DNA of 38,840 bases. Source: Conidiobolus incongruus B7586. Its lineage: Eukaryota. Within the stretch, counting starts at the first letter, position 1. Each line of letters opens with the position of its first letter. The notes beneath the pieces were generated by a model. It saw nothing but the letters and a program-made list of their open reading frames with translations. It did no database searches and was not told where the DNA came from. The position numbers and the translations under genes were made by a program. Shown here in pieces: positions 11,302-27,425 of this stretch. The stretch lies in NCBI GenBank assembly GCA_000697335.1, contig JNEM01010535.1:1-38840 (forward strand). Reading direction: 5' to 3'.

Positions 11302-14300
11302 AGTGATTTGATCTCAATCACATCAAAGGACTAGGATTCGCTACTACTGTTTCTTGCAACTTGGTTCTAATTGTTACAAAAATATGAATTGATTCAATAT
11401 TGGTTTTGGCTTCCTTTCTCAATCCTTTTTTTAGGTAAAATTCAACTCAAAGATAAAAAAATGAAAAAAAATATAACTAAATTAATGAGTCTAAAAACAA
11501 TATGATATGAATTAAGAGATTACTAGTATCATGGTTGTAGGCTTGAAGAAGTGAATAGGATGACGACTGAATATCTTGGAAGTGATGTTAATCTGAATCG
11601 ATGTTAAGGTGTGGGAAAGATACAATGCTTTACACACTCTTATCAATATTTTTGACATCAATTTATCTAATAAGTGATTAACCAATCTGATTGGGGAATC
11701 ATTTTGGACACCTCTTCTAAGGTGTATAACCAATTGTTACTTCAATTTTAAGCATTGTAGTCCACTTCCAAATTAGCTTTGTACCACTTGAAATTTATCC
11801 TTTAACAATGATAACTATCTTTAAGGCGCCAAAGGAATTGATAAATCGTAATTAAACGAAATTATTACAAGGGCAAAACTTGTTTTTTCTATGAACATTT
11901 AACAATTTCATAAATTTTATTTAATATTATTTTACATGATAAAAGCTATAAAAATCAACATATTTTCCAAATAACCAAGAAATAGCCATTAGATTTTAGC
12001 CTTTTATTATCGAATCTGCTAGTCAAGATTCTAATAATAGATATGACGTGGTATTTTGTCATAGATCTTTTAAACTGCGTTTTTCAGTATCCAATTTATC
12101 TCTATGATATAACCAGTCTAATAAATTGATCCTACATATTTTACTCAACATTCGTTTATCAGATGATTATGAAGTACAAAATTTGATAGTATTAAATTAA
12201 AAAATAAACAACATCATTGTTAATAAACTAATTTTCAACTAAAAATTGTATAATATGTGAATTATAAGCTACGCCTTTTGCTTTAAAGTTCATACACGAT
12301 ATTAAGCTTTAAGATTTTCCTAATATTAACAAATATAAGCTCAGTTTATCCACTCACATGGCTCAATTTGATTTTCTAAATTTGCTTTTATATTTATCAT
12401 TATTTGATAATTTACTAGTTCAAAATTTAACAAATCGAATTAAGCAATTCTCTGTCAAACAACGAGCAATAAGGTCTAAAATAGAAATTAAAAAAATATT
12501 CAATCATTATATAAGGTTCATAATGCTAAATTGATAATATCTTCGTTAATATTCAAATGAATAGTGTTACTTGGCTTTGAAAACAGCTGATATGAAAATT
12601 CTGTTAGCATCGATATAAATAAACTATAATGGATTGTTAAACTAAATTAAATAATTGTCACTTATGAATATGTAATGCCATTCTTGGTAAAGAAATGTAT
12701 AATTCCTCCTAAATTCGGATCTCGCATTATTAGCAATAATCTGCATGTCTCATTTTAATTCAACCAACTCAAAACCATTTTTTGATGTTTATGATTGTTT
12801 TGTTTAATCGAATCGAATTTATCCTTTTGAATACTTTCGGATAATTTCTAATACCATAATGTTGAATATTCTATCAGTTAAAGTATGATGTTTGCAGGAT
12901 TATTGTTACCAATGATCGAAATACTCTTAAGTTTGACTTAGCCTATTTGGTACATTAGATTGCGGGTTTCTGGATGGGGTAATATCCAATTTGAGTACTT
13001 TTCAATAGCCATAGCATAATCATTGTTCTAGAAATCATATGAAGATACCATATTATTGTATAACACCATTATCAGCTATTTTTGAACCATAAAATCTATA
13101 TTCATGTTGAATATTCCACCTAAAGGTAACAATTAATTTGATATTTCTCAATTAAAATAAAACCACATCAAATCTATGGTAACATTCTGTTTTCCATTTC
13201 CACATATGACAATCCACAAGAATAGTCCATTATTCAGAGTATGTTTTCTGTTACAGTCTAGAATGAAATGGAAAATGAAAACTTTATAATAAAATCAAAT
13301 ATACTAGTTGAAAATTGAGATTAAAATTTATACTATTACATTGATAAGTTTATTTGAATTAAAGGATTCAAAAGATAGCTCGCACGAATAATAACTATAT
13401 AATAAAATTACTTTGAAAACATTTGATTACAATTAATTTTCAATATAATACTAAGTGTAGTATAGGAAGGTAAAAATTTTGATATTACTTGGATATTGAA
13501 GTTAATTTGAAAATAATCACCAAATCGATAATAAAATATACCTTTATTAAATTTCCTTTAATTTATATTCAATAAATCAAAAAAGATTTACTTTGTTAAT
13601 TTAATATATAAAATAGCTGAATTACTTTTATTTTTGAGTTATTTCGATATCTACTTATCCACAATGTTAATTTGAAACAATAGCTTGAGAATATTATAAC
13701 CTTGTTTCATTGATATGATCGAATTTATTGTTTAATTTTATGTTAACTATAAAATATGATTCATCTATGTGATAGTTTTAAAAATCAATTCTACATATAT
13801 AGTAAAACATAGTTGGAGATTTGGAAGTTGAATTAAATTTGATTTATTAAATATAACCCTCCAATTATATATCTTAGAAATTGATTGATTTGGTGACTAT
13901 TTATATTAAATTAGTTCAACAAACATCACCTAACAATTGGCTTAATTAACTGACTATCGCCTGAAAATGAATAATTGGTATTTAAATCCAAAAATGTATG
14001 TTAATATAAAACTAATTTTGCTTCTTAAACTTTGAATAACCTAACTATAGCAGAATCAAATATTAATTTCTGAATATAATTTAAAATGATATAAACATAA
14101 ATATTAATGCTATAATTGTAATTAGAAATCAAAGTATATGATTAGTATCGAAATAAAATTAATAGTATATCATTCAATATATATTCTTGTAGATAGATTT
14201 AATTCAAATAATAAAACATTCAAAGACACTAATTTTATTAATATTTGAACAAATATTTTTTGACAATTTTGATTTTAAAATTTTTGAAAATATGTAAAAT

Positions 14301-15890
14301 TAACTCAATAAATTTGTATATAATAATATGTTACATAATTGGAAATTAGATTGATTTTTAATAATATGAAATAACTAAATGAGTTAAACTTAATATTACT
14401 GTCATTATAATTCAAACAACATAAAAATAAATATAATATGATACTTTCTGAATATATTATTAATCCATCATCTTCAATTTTTATATTGTTTATTATAAAT
14501 AGAAAACATGATATGATGTAGAAATATATAATTTAAGAGGTATTATTTATCAAATCATGATAATATAGTATACAGGATATAGCTCAATATAATTTTAGTT
14601 CACTATTCAAGTATAATAAATTGAATTTTTACTCAACAAATAGTCGAAAAATTCTTGATAAATTATTTAAGATCATCAATTGTGAGAGTTAATTTAATTT
14701 CGTTAATTTCTCACTATATCTAAAAATTAGATAATATTTATTGGTTATAACTTGATTAAAAATTTGAATAAAGCATAGAGTTTATTAGATAGTGACAATA
14801 TATACAATTGTCCATCCTATTAAAATTAACAAAAAAATAAATATTAATAAGAATATAAATGCTCATAATAAAATATTCACGATATTCAAATACTTATAGC
14901 GTTTTTACTTATATAGTATTTTTCTTATACATTGTAATACAATCGTTTTGATCATTTAACTATCATCAATAGTGTTGATTGAATTATTCCAGGATTTGAT
15001 CGGGAAAAGCTGCAGCCTAAATTACATGAAAAATCTGTTGAAATAATACTCTGTTGATGCATATGTTATATGCTGAAATAATAACTTGATGATACTTAAA
15101 TATCTAAAGCCATAAATCCATAAAATAATTTGGATAATAATCAGGATAAATTATAATTCATTAAAATTTTTGGAATACTTTTAAATAAAAAGTGTCAATC
15201 TGATTACTTTCAGTAATAAAATTAAATTATCTCCTTCCAATATTAATTTAATAAAATTTAAAGTTTGTGTGATATATATTCAGATCTAATATAGTATGAG
15301 ATCTTTTTTCACCTTTAAGTGATAATATAAATATCTATATTTTCTCTAATCTACTGTTTTATATATGATAGGTCAATTATTTTTTTAATCATATTAAAAT
15401 ACTTGACATATTTTCTTATTTTGAAATTCATTTTTAATATCTGATATTATATTGTAATTCATCTTTTTTTGAATTTTTATAAATTTACTAATAATATAGT
15501 GAAAAAGTTTGGAAATGAAACAGCTAATATGATTGGACACTTTTACTTGAAAGGATGTAGTATTTAATTATAGTTATTGATTTTTGCAAAATTTAAATAA
15601 TTGTTTCTAATGTATTTAATTTGAACTATATTATTAACCACATCAATATTTGAATAGTCTTTGCTAAATTATTTATACTCAAAATATCTGTGTCTTATTT
15701 CCTGGATGATATTCATTTAATAATTTATCCAATACTTCTGTGTCACATTAATTCGTAACCATAAATTCAAGCTATGACTTAGTATATCGATTGTCTTCTC
15801 AAATATACTTATATTACTATAACATTAAATAATAATATATAGTTATAAATTATTTATTATTATTATTATTATAAAATATAATCTAATAGA

Positions 15891-18298
15891 ATGTTAAAAT
15901 TACCCAAGTTATCTCCCAAGCAGAGATATTTTCAAATATTTAGTACAAATACAGACGTTGGAAAAACAATTCTGACAACAGGTCTTGTGAGAGGCTCATT
16001 GAAGCTTGGTAAAGCCACCAATTACTTAAAACCAATTCAGACGGGCTATCCTAAAGACTGTGATGCAAGGTATTTCTAAAGTGTTTAAACCTTAGCTGAT
16101 AGCTAATGATATTCTAGCTTCATTAAGAAATTTAATCCCAATGTCAATAACAAAGTGATCTACACTTATCCAGATCCAGTCAGTCCCCACATCGCCACAA
16201 ATGAGGTAATGTCATCTTACTAAGTGACTCAAATAGTTATCTAATAGCCATATACTTCCAGCCTCCTTCTGATCAAGAAGTATTACACAAAGTGACTGCT
16301 GAGTTGATCAATTTCCAAAGCAATGAAAATTTGGATTCAACTACCTTTGTAGAAACTGCAGGAGGTACAAGCATAATCTTGGTTAATAAAGCGCTCTAAT
16401 ATAATTGATTTTTAGGTGTAAATAGTCCTACTTTATGTGGAACTTTGCAATCCGAATTTTATCGACCTCTCAGATTGCCTGTGGTACTGATCGGTGATGG
16501 CCAACTTGGAGGGATTTCAACCACCATTTCTTCATACGAGTCTTTAAAAATGAAGGGCTATGATATTTCCAGTATCATTATGTTCCATAACCCCAAGTAC
16601 CGAAATCATGAGTATTTATTCGACCATTTTAATGGCCAAATTCCTATTTATTTTGTCCCTCCTCCACCTCCTAAATTGCCAAACGCTCAAGAGGATTATG
16701 AGCAGCTGCAAGAGTATTATTCTCGCCATCAAGACGTATGGTCCGTTGCCAATCAAACTCTCATCCAAAGCCATCAAAATCGACTTAACAAGCTCAATGA
16801 CATGCCTCAGCATGCTAGCGACATTCTTTGGTGGCCCTTTACCCAGCATAAGCTGGTCGATAGCGTCAACGTCATTGATTCAGCTTACAAAGACGATCTT
16901 GTTATTTACGACCCTCCAAGTGGACAACTAAAGCCTAAATTTGACGTGTGCGGCAGTTGGTGGACTCAAGCCCTGGGCCATGGATCAGTAGAACTAACAC
17001 AAGCTGCCTCTTATGCAGCCGGAAGATACGGTCACGTAATGTATCCCGAAAGCGTCCATGAGCCTGCGTTGAATTTGGCTCAATCTCTCTTAGATACTGT
17101 GGGGAATGGATGGGCTTCTAGAGTCTTCTATTCTGATAACGGAAGCACAGGAATTGAAGTTGGACTGAAGATGGCAATGAAATATACTGAAAATCATTAC
17201 GACACCATCTACCCTCAAGACAAAGCCAGTAATCTTACTCAAAACAAATTGAAAATTATTGGTCTTGAAGGAGCCTATCATGGCGACACAATAGGTTGCA
17301 TGGATGCTGCAAATCCCAATCATTACAACGAGCAAGTCCACTGGTATGATCCCAAAGGCTTCTGGTTTGACCCTCCTACCATCATGAAGTCTTCCAACGG
17401 ATATACCATTACTTTACCATCGAACATCTATAAGAATGATGCAAAAGTCACTTTGGATTCTCTGGAAGACATTTTTGATTCAAGTCGTGATTCTTCAGAG
17501 CTTGCTTCAATTTATTATAAACATGTAAAGGAGCAATTGTCCAAGGCTATTGATGATGGCTATAGATTTGGTGCCTTGGTACTTGAACCTGTTATTATGG
17601 GCTCTGCTGGTATGCTATTTGTTGATCCATTATTCCAAAGGACTTTGGTAAAGGTGGTAAGAGATAAATGGCCTGTCCCTGTGTTATTTGATGAAGTTTT
17701 TACTGGATTCTTCAGAACTGGACCTCCCACTGCTTCTCGTTTACTCAATGTTGATCCCGATATTGCTGTATTTTCGAAGTCACTAACTGGGGGACTAGTT
17801 CCTTTATCTGCTACTTTGACAAACGAAACCATTTTCAAGGAGTTTGAAGGGCCAGCTAAGACTGATGCCTTACTTCATGGCCATTCTTACACTGCTTATC
17901 CAATTGGCTGCGAGGTTGCCAGAAAGAGTATTGAGTTGTATTCTAGAATCTATCCTAGATCATCTCCAATAAACACACAGCCCTCTTCTAAATGGTCTGA
18001 AGAATTGGTCGATAAGCTGATTGAAAACCCTCAAATCAATGGTGCTTATCGATTGGGAACTGTTTTAGTATTTGAGCTCCGGGATGATCAAACTTCAGGC
18101 TACAACTCAGCCAAGGCCAAAAAATTACTTCGTTGGTATCATCACCATGTCACCAATCCAACTGAGCAAAGTGATGTTCCAGAATTATTTATTCGTCCCT
18201 TAGGAAACCGATTGTACTTTATGATGTCTCATATCACCTCAGATTCTCAGCTTAAAGAGGTTGAAAGTACCATCTTAAAAGGGCTTGAACATATTTAA
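15891..18298 (+). CDS. BIO3-BIO1: Bifunctional dethiobiotin synthetase / 7,8-diaminopelargonate (DAPA) aminotransferase, ~750 aa; exons 15891-16069, 16118-16205, 16262-16364, 16416-18298
   Basis: DTBS motifs STNTDVGKT, YLKPIQTG, PVSPHIA, VETAGGVNSP and LGGISTTIS. Class III aminotransferase motifs WWPFTQH, SWWTQ, YSDNGSTG, YHGDT, FDEVFTG, PLP-lysine FSKSLTGG and LHGHSY. Three GT-AG introns splice in frame (2253 nt). Confidence 0.96.
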
Positions 18299-20312
18299 AA
18301 TAAAGCCAAATATTATTTATTTAACTCAAAATTTAATTATATACTATCTCAATACATTATACAGCTTAGCCAACATGGTGTATTATCATTTGCTTTATTA
18401 AATTATATAATAATACTTGACTAGATTAGTTTATAGAATAATCTTATATACTCTTAGATTTAATATTTTAGAGTGATTAAGCTATATTGGTTATATTAAA
18501 TCCTTTTATTAATAACTAGGAATGGGTTTTATAGTCTTAATCATATATATCATTTTACTTGTACAACAATACTATTAGTTAAAATAAATTAAATAATAAT
18601 TTTAATTGAGTTTTAGACTAAATTGGATTGTTATAAAAATAAACCTAAAAAGATATTAATTTATATAAGAAATTATATAAAACTATTATATTCAATCTCA
18701 CTGATCAACCACTTGTACTTTTTCAAATTTCTTAACTCCCAAACATGTTCTTTTTTTATTTATTTGTAAAATCAAAGTTCTTAATTGGAATAATAAGTGT
18801 AAAATTTAGATGTTTAGACCTCCAAATAAATTATTAATATTCCAAAAAAAAAATCACAAAGATTCATTTCAAGTGAATATATTACATGCGATTGAATCCA
18901 CCAATAATTTCACAATATGCTATTTTTCCCTCTTTTTTTCATATTGATATAGGCAAGTACTTTGCAAAATAATGAGTTTGTTGAACTTTTTAGCATCAGC
19001 TCAATATCTAATATATTTCTCAAAAAATCAAGCTTAGATCATTCTTATTGTTGTTATTTTATGATATAATAAATACTAAAGTATATTACATTTCTATCTT
19101 TAAATTTTTTTTATATTATTCATTTTTTGAAATTTTAGGAAATAATATATATTTTTCAATTAAAATATAATTTAAAATAAATAATAGGATTATAAAATGG
19201 GAGTTAACTTTTATATATTGCAATTATATTTTTTAGTATACTACATTTAGAATTTTAATTAAAAAATTTCTCATAATATTATTTATACCTCACATTGTGA
19301 CACTTGAAATAAAATATATGATTTTTATTTTTATTATTATTTAAATAATTCAATCTGTTTGATTAAAATATGATGAGTTATAATATATTTAATATTATAG
19401 TTAGTGATTAATATTTTAATATATAAAAAAATAAATATATGGATATAATTCTGAATTTTTGATAATTAAGTTTTTTGTTATAATATTAAAAAGACTTAAA
19501 TCAACATCATTTTCAATAGTCTATACTTCTTACTCAAAATGACTAATCCTAAGTTTTAAGATAGGAATAAAATAATTATATAAAGGTTTTCTTCAAGTTT
19601 GATATATTTGCTAGGGTATATGACCAGCAAAATTATTAAATTTTCAAATGACCATTATTTATATGTCAAATTTATCAATGGTTAAAACCTAGTATTATTT
19701 CCGAAATAAAAAAAATTATAAAAATTTTGTAATAATATAATAACATTAAATTAGTAAATATATTTATTTTATAATATTATAAAGGAATAGTTCTATATTT
19801 AACTGTATATTTAATTTACCACTGTTCATTTTTTAAATGATGATATATTCAATATAAATTAGTATATTGAATTAACACACTTCTATATATCACTTAGTTT
19901 TTAGAAGTGTTGATTAAAACTCAAGACTGAACTTGATTTTTGATCTGCGCGATATTGATTGACAAGGAAGTCAGTATATATGGAAAGTAATTCTAATTAA
20001 AAATATAATACAAAATAATTATAAATATCAATATTAATTTGTAAAATAACCAAATATATACAAGTTTAAAATTATTGCTGGTTAACAATAACATCGTAAT
20101 AATTTTCCAATTATTTAATTTATAGAAATTTTAAATAAACAAAATGTAAAATACAAATTAAATTCAAGTCACAACTCTCTCATTCAATCCATTTTGAGTT
20201 TATAAATTTATAATTATAGCATTTTAATTCTTCAACTTTTCTTTTATTTATATATAACGTTTATATTTCATATTATTAAGATTTCTATATTAAAATTTAT
20301 TTTGTAATTCTG

Positions 20313-22041
<1,729 letters not shown>

Positions 22042-23041
22042 TTTATCTAATCTAATTTTTGAATTAATATTGTTTGACATTGGTCACAGTTCAAATATGT
22101 TAATTGTTACTAGGTAAAATTATTAAACATATTTTGATTTAAATGTAATTTCTTTTTTATATTCAAATAATAATAATAGATATATAGTTTTCTAGCTATT
22201 GATTGCAGTCATTACCAATACATAAATTATCAATTTCATTAATTCGAATATTTTATTCCCAAACCAGTAATCATACTAATTGTAAGATTATAATTAAAAT
22301 TTAAACAATTTAATCTAATATTGATAGGTCATGAAATCTATAATGTTTATGATAATTTACATTTACTAATTGTAATTCATTGGATATACATATTTTATAA
22401 ACCAAACCAATCAATAATCCTGTAAATACTTTTTATATCTTGATATAGAATATATTGAATAAACGTCTAGTTAGTCTATAATGAATAAAATATACTATAA
22501 TGCAGTATATCTAAAATTAATTTTATTTGTAGAGTTTAGAAATTCCTTAATCATTATCAGAAATCAATAATTTTGAATTAATTTTATATATTAATATGGG
22601 GTATATTTAATTTTGTTCAAAAACTCATAATAAAAAAATAATAACCCATTTTCATGCATTAATAATCATACCTAAAACCAGAAAATAAATATATAAATTC
22701 ATTTTTATATTATCAAACTTCATCTTAAATTAAAAATCAATATATTTCAAAATGATTTAATAGTATAACAATACTTGATCAAAACCTTTTTATTATAAAA
22801 CATTCATTATTTATATTAACATAATCAGAAACGTTATTATAGTAGTTGTATTTTATTAGTTATATTATATATATTTAATTTGTATTAGTATGATCTTTAT
22901 AATAATAATAATACGAGATAGTGGAAAACAACTAAAAATGATAAACCCATAAAATTAATCAAAGTGAATATGATATATAATTAGAATAAGTTAGAATTCG
23001 GAACTAAAGTTACATATAATTTTTGTTTTTATTTATTGAAA

Positions 23042-24695
23042 ATGATCAGTGTATTTAATCATTTAAAATCTAAAAGCTCGAAAGTTATTTCTAGATCAAA
23101 CCTGGTTCATTCTAGAACTTTTTATCAATATTCAAAATGTTTAGATTCAGCTCAGGTAAATATATTCATTAGTTGATATGAACAATTTTTAATTTTTTTG
23201 TATTTATAGAGTATCATTAAAGAAAATATTAAGAATCCTTTAAAAAAAAGTGTCAACACTCGTCCTTTAACTATTGATATTGATTCTCATACCAAGCTCA
23301 CTACTTTGGAAAATGGACTCAGAATTGTTTCAGATTCAACTCCTGGGCATTTTTCAGCCTTTGGTGTTTATGTAGATGCTGGTTCCAGATACGAATCCAA
23401 ATACAACTCAGGAGTTAGTCACTTTATTGACCGCATTTCTTTTAAGGTAAATATTAATTTAACTTTAAATTCATGAAAATTTAAATATTTCAATATTTTA
23501 GTCAACAAAAAATTCAACTGCTGATAATATACAATCTCAATTGGAGAGCTTAGGCGGGAATATAATGTCTCACAGCTCACGTGAAGTTATGTTGCTTCAA
23601 GGCACAGTTTATAACCAGGATCTTGAAAAAATTGTCCCTCTATTTGCCGATATTATTCAGAAACCTGCCTTAATACCACATGAACTCGATGAACAGAGAA
23701 TTGCTATAGGCTATGAAGTTGGTGATATTATGAGCAATCCTGAAACTTACCTGCCTGAACTTTTACATACTGCAGCTTATCATGAAAACACTTTGGGAAA
23801 TACTTTATTATGCACACCTGATCGTGTGGGTTCTATTTCGCCCCAAATGATTCAAGATTATCGTCAAGCTTTATATACTCCTGAACGTATTGTAATTGCT
23901 TCAATGGGCCAATCTCATGAACGAGTTGTTGAATTGGTAGAGCGTCATTTTGATATTCTTTCTAAGCAATCTTTATCTAATACATCTCCATTCACACCTG
24001 ATTTAAGTGCTTCAAAATACACTGGAGGTTCCATCTTTAATCCTGATCCTACCGCTGAATTTACACAAGTTTATGTTGCAGTAGAAGGGGTTGGAATTAA
24101 TGATCCTGACCTTTATCCTTTGGCAACTCTTCAAATGCTTTTAGGTGGAGGAGGATCTTTTTCTGCTGGTGGACCTGGTAAAGGAATGCATTCTCGATTA
24201 TACAGAACTGTTCTCAATCAATATGCCTGGGCCCACTCATTTTTAGCATTTAATCATTCTTATAAGGATTCTGGACTCTTTGGTATTTCTGCTGCTTGTC
24301 CTCCAAGATTTAATACAGATATGCTTCACGTTCTTGCCCATAGTTTAGCTAGTGTAGCATATCCAAATCAGATTTCACCAATTGAATTAAGCAGAGCTAA
24401 GAATCAACTAAAAAACAATATGATGATGAGTTTAGAAAGTAGATTAGTTGGTCTCGAAGATTTAGGCCAACAAATTCTATTTACTAATAAGAGAGTGAGT
24501 GTAGAAGAAGTTTGTAGACGAGTCGATGAAGTCCAGTTACAAGATATTACCAGAGTTGCCGCTAAACTATTATTATCTCCTGAGACCAAGATAACATTAG
24601 TGGGACAAGGGTATTATGACGGTATTGAGAAGGCCTCTGAAATATTTAGAAAATTTGGTATTGGTAATGGTGAGACTTTGACTAGATGGGATTAA
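23042..24695 (+). CDS. MAS2: Mitochondrial processing peptidase alpha subunit (M16), ~514 aa; exons 23042-23155, 23210-23446, 23502-24695
   Basis: Basic, Ser-rich presequence-like N-terminus, TTLENGLRI, DAGSRYE, the non-catalytic HFIDRISFKST motif, and the alpha-specific glycine loop GGGGSFSAGGPGKGMHSRLY. Two introns splice in frame (1545 nt). Confidence 0.97.
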
Positions 24696-25087
24696 GGTTT
24701 ACATATCAGTACTTGTTGAAAAATATCATTATTTTTAATATAATTGCATATTATGTTGTAATGTTTTTTCAATATATATATTATTTAATTTTAAATAAAA
24801 CTAAATATAATATTTTCAATTTGATTATTGTTATTATATTTTTTGATATTTTAATGGTACATTAAGTTGTAATGACCACAAAACTAAAAGGGAATTGTAA
24901 TCAAAATTCAAGATAATTTTTATAATTAATTATAATATTCTTTAGGTATAAAATAACCTGATGTAATATATTATCCTCAAACCAAATAATTGAATTATTT
25001 TCTAAAGAGTTAATAATCAATGCTAAATGCTAAATTAATGTATAAAAATAGAGACTACATCATATGCTTCATACTATAATATCCATC

Positions 25088-25533
25088 ATGTTGGGAAGTT
25101 GGAATAATCTAGAGGTAATAGTATTCCACTTTATTTATCTTGATAAATACTTAATGACCATAAGAAGTATTTGCATTTATTAGAATGCTGGGAAACTGCA
25201 ATCAAAAGGTCAATATTGAAAAACAGAGCACTTCCACTAGAAGTCATTTACAGGATCTATGAAAAAAGAGTAATTAGAAAAAATTTACCTAAGCGCTCCT
25301 CTCGCACAGCAATGGAAAAATTGTGGTATTTGAAGCATTCTTATAAAACCATCAAAAGATATGAAGGAGAAGAGGAAGAATGGTTTAAAAATCAAAAAGT
25401 ATTAAATCGCACAGGAATTAATAAATACATTCCCATATCTAAACAAGTATTTTTTAAAATGAAGAAACTGGTAAAGCTTTATGAAGTAGAATATTTGTTT
25501 GCTACCAATCAAGAATTAATTAGCCATGATTAA
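25088..25533 (+). pseudogene. Possible frameshifted F-box-like gene fragment
   Basis: ATG 25088 gives MLGSWNNLEVIVFHFIYLDKYLMTIRSICIY*, which loosely resembles an F-box (L..E....IF.YLD...L...R.VC). A different frame continues ECWETAIKRSILKNR as the 120-codon ORF 25171-25533. Confidence 0.3.
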
Positions 25534-25806
25534 AATACATTTGAAATTTATGATCAATTTTTATTCAAAATTTCGAAAAACTGAAAGAAAACTGAGACAT
25601 TTTATCATCTATTAAATTCAGAGGAAATAAAATTAATGATAGGTATAAATGATGATCACAAATAAGGACAGAATCTAGCTACAATGAATCAATATTAAAA
25701 ATATGTTTACACCAAAATTAGGAGTAATATATACCATTATATAAGCTTAATGATAAACAATGTTAATAATTGATCTTTTCCATGAATATCATTAATATTA
25801 TTCACT

Positions 25807-27078
25807 CTAAAATTGCCATTCCAAATCAAACTCGATGTGAGTAATTGCTAATGAATTGTAATAAAGATATGAAACCACATTTCCTGTGATCAATTCATGT
25901 GAATTCAAGCTTGAACCAAAATCAATTCCCTGGTGTATATTCAAGGTCATTTCATTTTGGTAATGAGCCTTTCCAAACTTTTGATATCCCAGCAATTAAT
26001 TAAATGTCCATTCTACATTTGCAAAATAAATATTTTTTATAAGAACTGAATTTGAACTACATTTAAAATTAATATAATAAATCAATATGACTATTAGATA
26101 CTTTATATCTATAACCACATTAAGAACTGTGTTGATCATATGAGTCAATACCAAAGTTTATTCGTCATAGAGTTGGATGGAAGCGGATGAAGTCCCAAAT
26201 CAAGCATATTATAATTATAGTAGTTGAAATCATTAGAAGATATGGTGCCTAATTTTAATTAATATTGATTAAAATCTAGAATGAAAAATTGCTAAACTGA
26301 TTGATCTTCATTATTTCTTTTGGTTGGCTTAATTAATATATTCGTTCCATTATTACTAGATTTATTCACATCAAAAATGCATATCATATTCATTGATACA
26401 TCATACATTCTAATTACATCAGTGACTAGGATATATTTCATAATAGATTATTAGATTAATTGTACGGTATTAAGTGGGTTAAATTAATATATTGTGAAGC
26501 CACAAGTTACTCTATCATCTAATACGACATAATTTTCATATGCCAATCCATTATCCATATTACATAATTGGACAAGATATGGTTTAGTATGTTTAATAAA
26601 AGGATGTGTATTGATGTTTACATAATCATAAATAACTGGATTAATTAACTATTGAGCTCGAAAGATACCACAATGGTTATAGGAAGGATACTAATCAAAA
26701 TCAAATATGGGCTTTGATCTTGGTAACACTAAAAAAGTTTAAATAGTGTTTATTCAATCAAATTAAAATCAGTTTTAATGATCTATAGTTAGTCTTTAGA
26801 TTAGACTATACCTTGTCTTATTTCATCCGGATAGAATTTGTCATTTCTAAATATTTGTATTGAATATGGGTGCAATTGATGGAGTTGGGTATGATGGTAT
26901 ACTAACAAATACCACAGTTTCAGTATATCATTGCTTGAATTGATCAAAATAGCAGGACCATCAGGAGACCCAATCTACAGATCAATGTCGATGTTCATTC
27001 ATATATGATATAATAGATGTAATTTTGCTCATTTAAAGGATCAAACGAAATCATTTCCACAATTGGAGTCTGTATCAT
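25807..27078 (-). pseudogene. Degraded gene relic of unknown family (weak aspartic-protease-like hints)
   Basis: GC content is above the intergenic background, with short coding-like frames broken by stops (IDL*IGSPDGPAIL; NHCGIFR; ELITGNVVSYLYY...EFDLE). No catalytic DTG/DSG was found. Confidence 0.2.
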
Positions 27079-27425
27079 TATATTAAGTACAAAGTTACCG
27101 TTTTTGCAGCAATTGTAGGATCATTATCTAGTGAGGTTTATTATTTACATTTGATTAAATAGTAGAATTGGTTATTTCCATATTATATGTATTAATCTAT
27201 TTCATCACTTATTACAATATTTTAGGCCCTGTTACCAGTATTTAAACCATGAGTTGATTTTACTTGAAATGCGATTATGGGATTTTATATTAAAATTATT
27301 TAATATAATGAATAAATAAATTTGATAATGTTAATTCAGAAAAAATTGATATTCTGTAATTGATACTGAATGAAATATAAAATGCAATAAAATTACATAA
27401 TATGAATATTTATTTAAAACAAAAT

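Noticed and set aside
15891..18298. Biotin gene cluster or bacterial horizontal transfer
   Set aside because: The BIO3-BIO1 fusion is the known fungal/plant arrangement, it has spliceosomal introns, and no other biotin gene is visible nearby.
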